Shown: piece after piece, positions 45,286 through 46,727 of the stretch
How the letters are laid out: every line of letters begins with the position of its first letter
Position numbering within the stretch: position 1 is the first letter of the stretch
Made by a program: the position numbers and the translations under genes
Notes under the pieces: generated by a model
Databases searched by the model: none
What the model saw: the letters and a program-made list of their open reading frames with translations, nothing else
What the model was told of the DNA's origin: nothing
Assembly: GCF_004010195.1 (NCBI RefSeq)
Contig: NC_057752.1
Location: forward strand, 1,317,036-1,363,762
DNA length: 46,727 nt
Source: Chiloscyllium plagiosum
Taxonomy: Eukaryota
Direction of reading: 5' to 3'

Positions 45286-45918
45286 TCAACACCTTTGGGG
45301 TTACCATTGACCAGAAACTGAACAAGATCAGCCAAATAAATCAGAGGCTAGGAATACTGCGGTGAGTAACTCCTCTCCTGACTCCCCAAAGCGTGTCCAC
45401 CATCTACAAGGCCCAAGTCAGGAGTGTGATGGAATACTCCCCACTTGCCTGGATGGGGGCAGCTCCAACAACACTCAAGAAGCTCGACACCATCCAGGAC
45501 AAAGCAGCCCCTGCCTCATTGGCCCCACATCCACAAACATCCACTCCCTCCCCCACCGACGCTCAGTAGCAGCAGTCTGTACCATCTACAAGATGCCCTG
45601 CAGACATTCACCAAAGATCCTCCGACAGCACCTTCCAATCTCACGGCCACTTCCATCTAGAAGGACAAGGACAGCAGATACATGGGAACACCACCTACTG
45701 CACGTTCCCCTCCAAGATCCTCCCCATCCTGACTTGGAAATCTATCACCGTTCCTTCACTGTCGTTGGGTCAAAATCCTGGAATTTCCTCCCTCAGGGCA
45801 TTGTGGGTCAACCCATAGCACATGGACTGCAGCCGTTCCAGAAGGCAGCTCACCTCCACCTTCTCAAGGGGCAACTAGGGACAGGGGCAATAATTACTGG
45901 GCCCAGTCATGTCCTGTG
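45286..45918 (+). mobile_element. L2/CR1-group LINE 3' fragment
   Basis: TIYKAQVRSVMEYSPLAWMGAAPTTLKKLDTIQDKAA...SKSWNFLP... Confidence 0.78.
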
Positions 45919-46139
45919 AAAGGCTTCCTAACCCTCTTTGCATGACAGAGATAAGAATAGAAAGAGGGACAATAATTTGAAATAATTCGGCATTCTATAT
46001 TGGTCTGATTTCAATCACACTGAACATTTGGACAACAGTCCAATGTTTTTGAAAGAAGATTTTAACACAGTGATGTTATTTTGACCAGATGATGTCAATC
46101 AGTCATCCATTACACATTCCTCTCAATTGAAATCAAAAC

Positions 46140-46727
46140 ATTGAGGAAGAACTGGGAACAAGATGAGGCCATTCAGCTCCTTGAGCCAGTTCTGCCATTT
46201 CATACTACCTCATCTTGGCCTCAACTCCACTTTCCCGCCCACTCTCAATAACCCTTTAACCTATTACTGTTTAAAAATCTGCCTATTGTACCCTTAAATT
46301 TACTCAATATCCCGATAGCCACTGCACTCTGGGATAGTGACTTCCACAGCTTCGTTTCTTTGGGAGAAATAATTTCTCCTCATCTCTGTTTTACATCTAC
46401 TACCCCCTTATCCTAAAGCTGTGATCTCTCGTTCTGGATTGCCCTACAAGAGGACACATCCTCTCTACGTCTACTTTGTCAATCCCTTTTAGTGTCTTCT
46501 ATTCCTCAATTCAATCTCCTCGCATTCTTCTAAACTCTAGCGAGTATTAACATCAACTGCTCAATTTCTCATCATAAGAAAAACCATCATATCATAGAAT
46601 CATAGAGATGTACAGCAATGGAAACAGACCCTTCGGTCCAACCCGTCCATGCCGACCAGATATCCCAACCCAATCTAGTCCCACCTGCCAGCACCCGGCC
46701 CATATCCCTCCAAACCCTTCCTATTCA
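46140..46727 (-). mobile_element. Two CR1 3' ends; the second runs off the window
   Basis: CR1 UTR tails; catagaatcatagagatgtacagc. Confidence 0.8.

Overview
Repeat-rich eukaryotic DNA, most likely from an elasmobranch (shark), inferred from HE1-type V-SINEs and HER1/CR1-like LINE tails. One host gene is recognisable: a minus-strand SDR9C-family retinol dehydrogenase most like RDH5. It has four coding exons (31610-31286, 27123-26865, 24727-24564, 22926-22703; 972 nt, 323 aa, all GT-AG) and needs an unlocated upstream non-coding exon. The rest is mostly decayed retroelements (CR1, an L2/CR1-group LINE, Rex/Babar and Tx1-like 3' ends, several tRNA-head SINE families), a 71-bp minisatellite, microsatellites and a 116-N gap. 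The most striking non-genic signal is a set of Penelope-like-element (PLE) derived modules carrying minimal type-I hammerhead-ribozyme cores (CTGATGA-A-stem II-GAAA-palindromic ACGT/AGCT-H). They fall into at least two families, often as short inverted-repeat insertions with target-site duplications. One family is physically joined to a GIY-YIG endonuclease remnant, one intact core lies on the sense strand of an RDH5 intron, one copy is an inter-family chimera and one has captured a nearby sequence. Repeat boundaries are approximate. Family names come from recalled motifs, not database searches.
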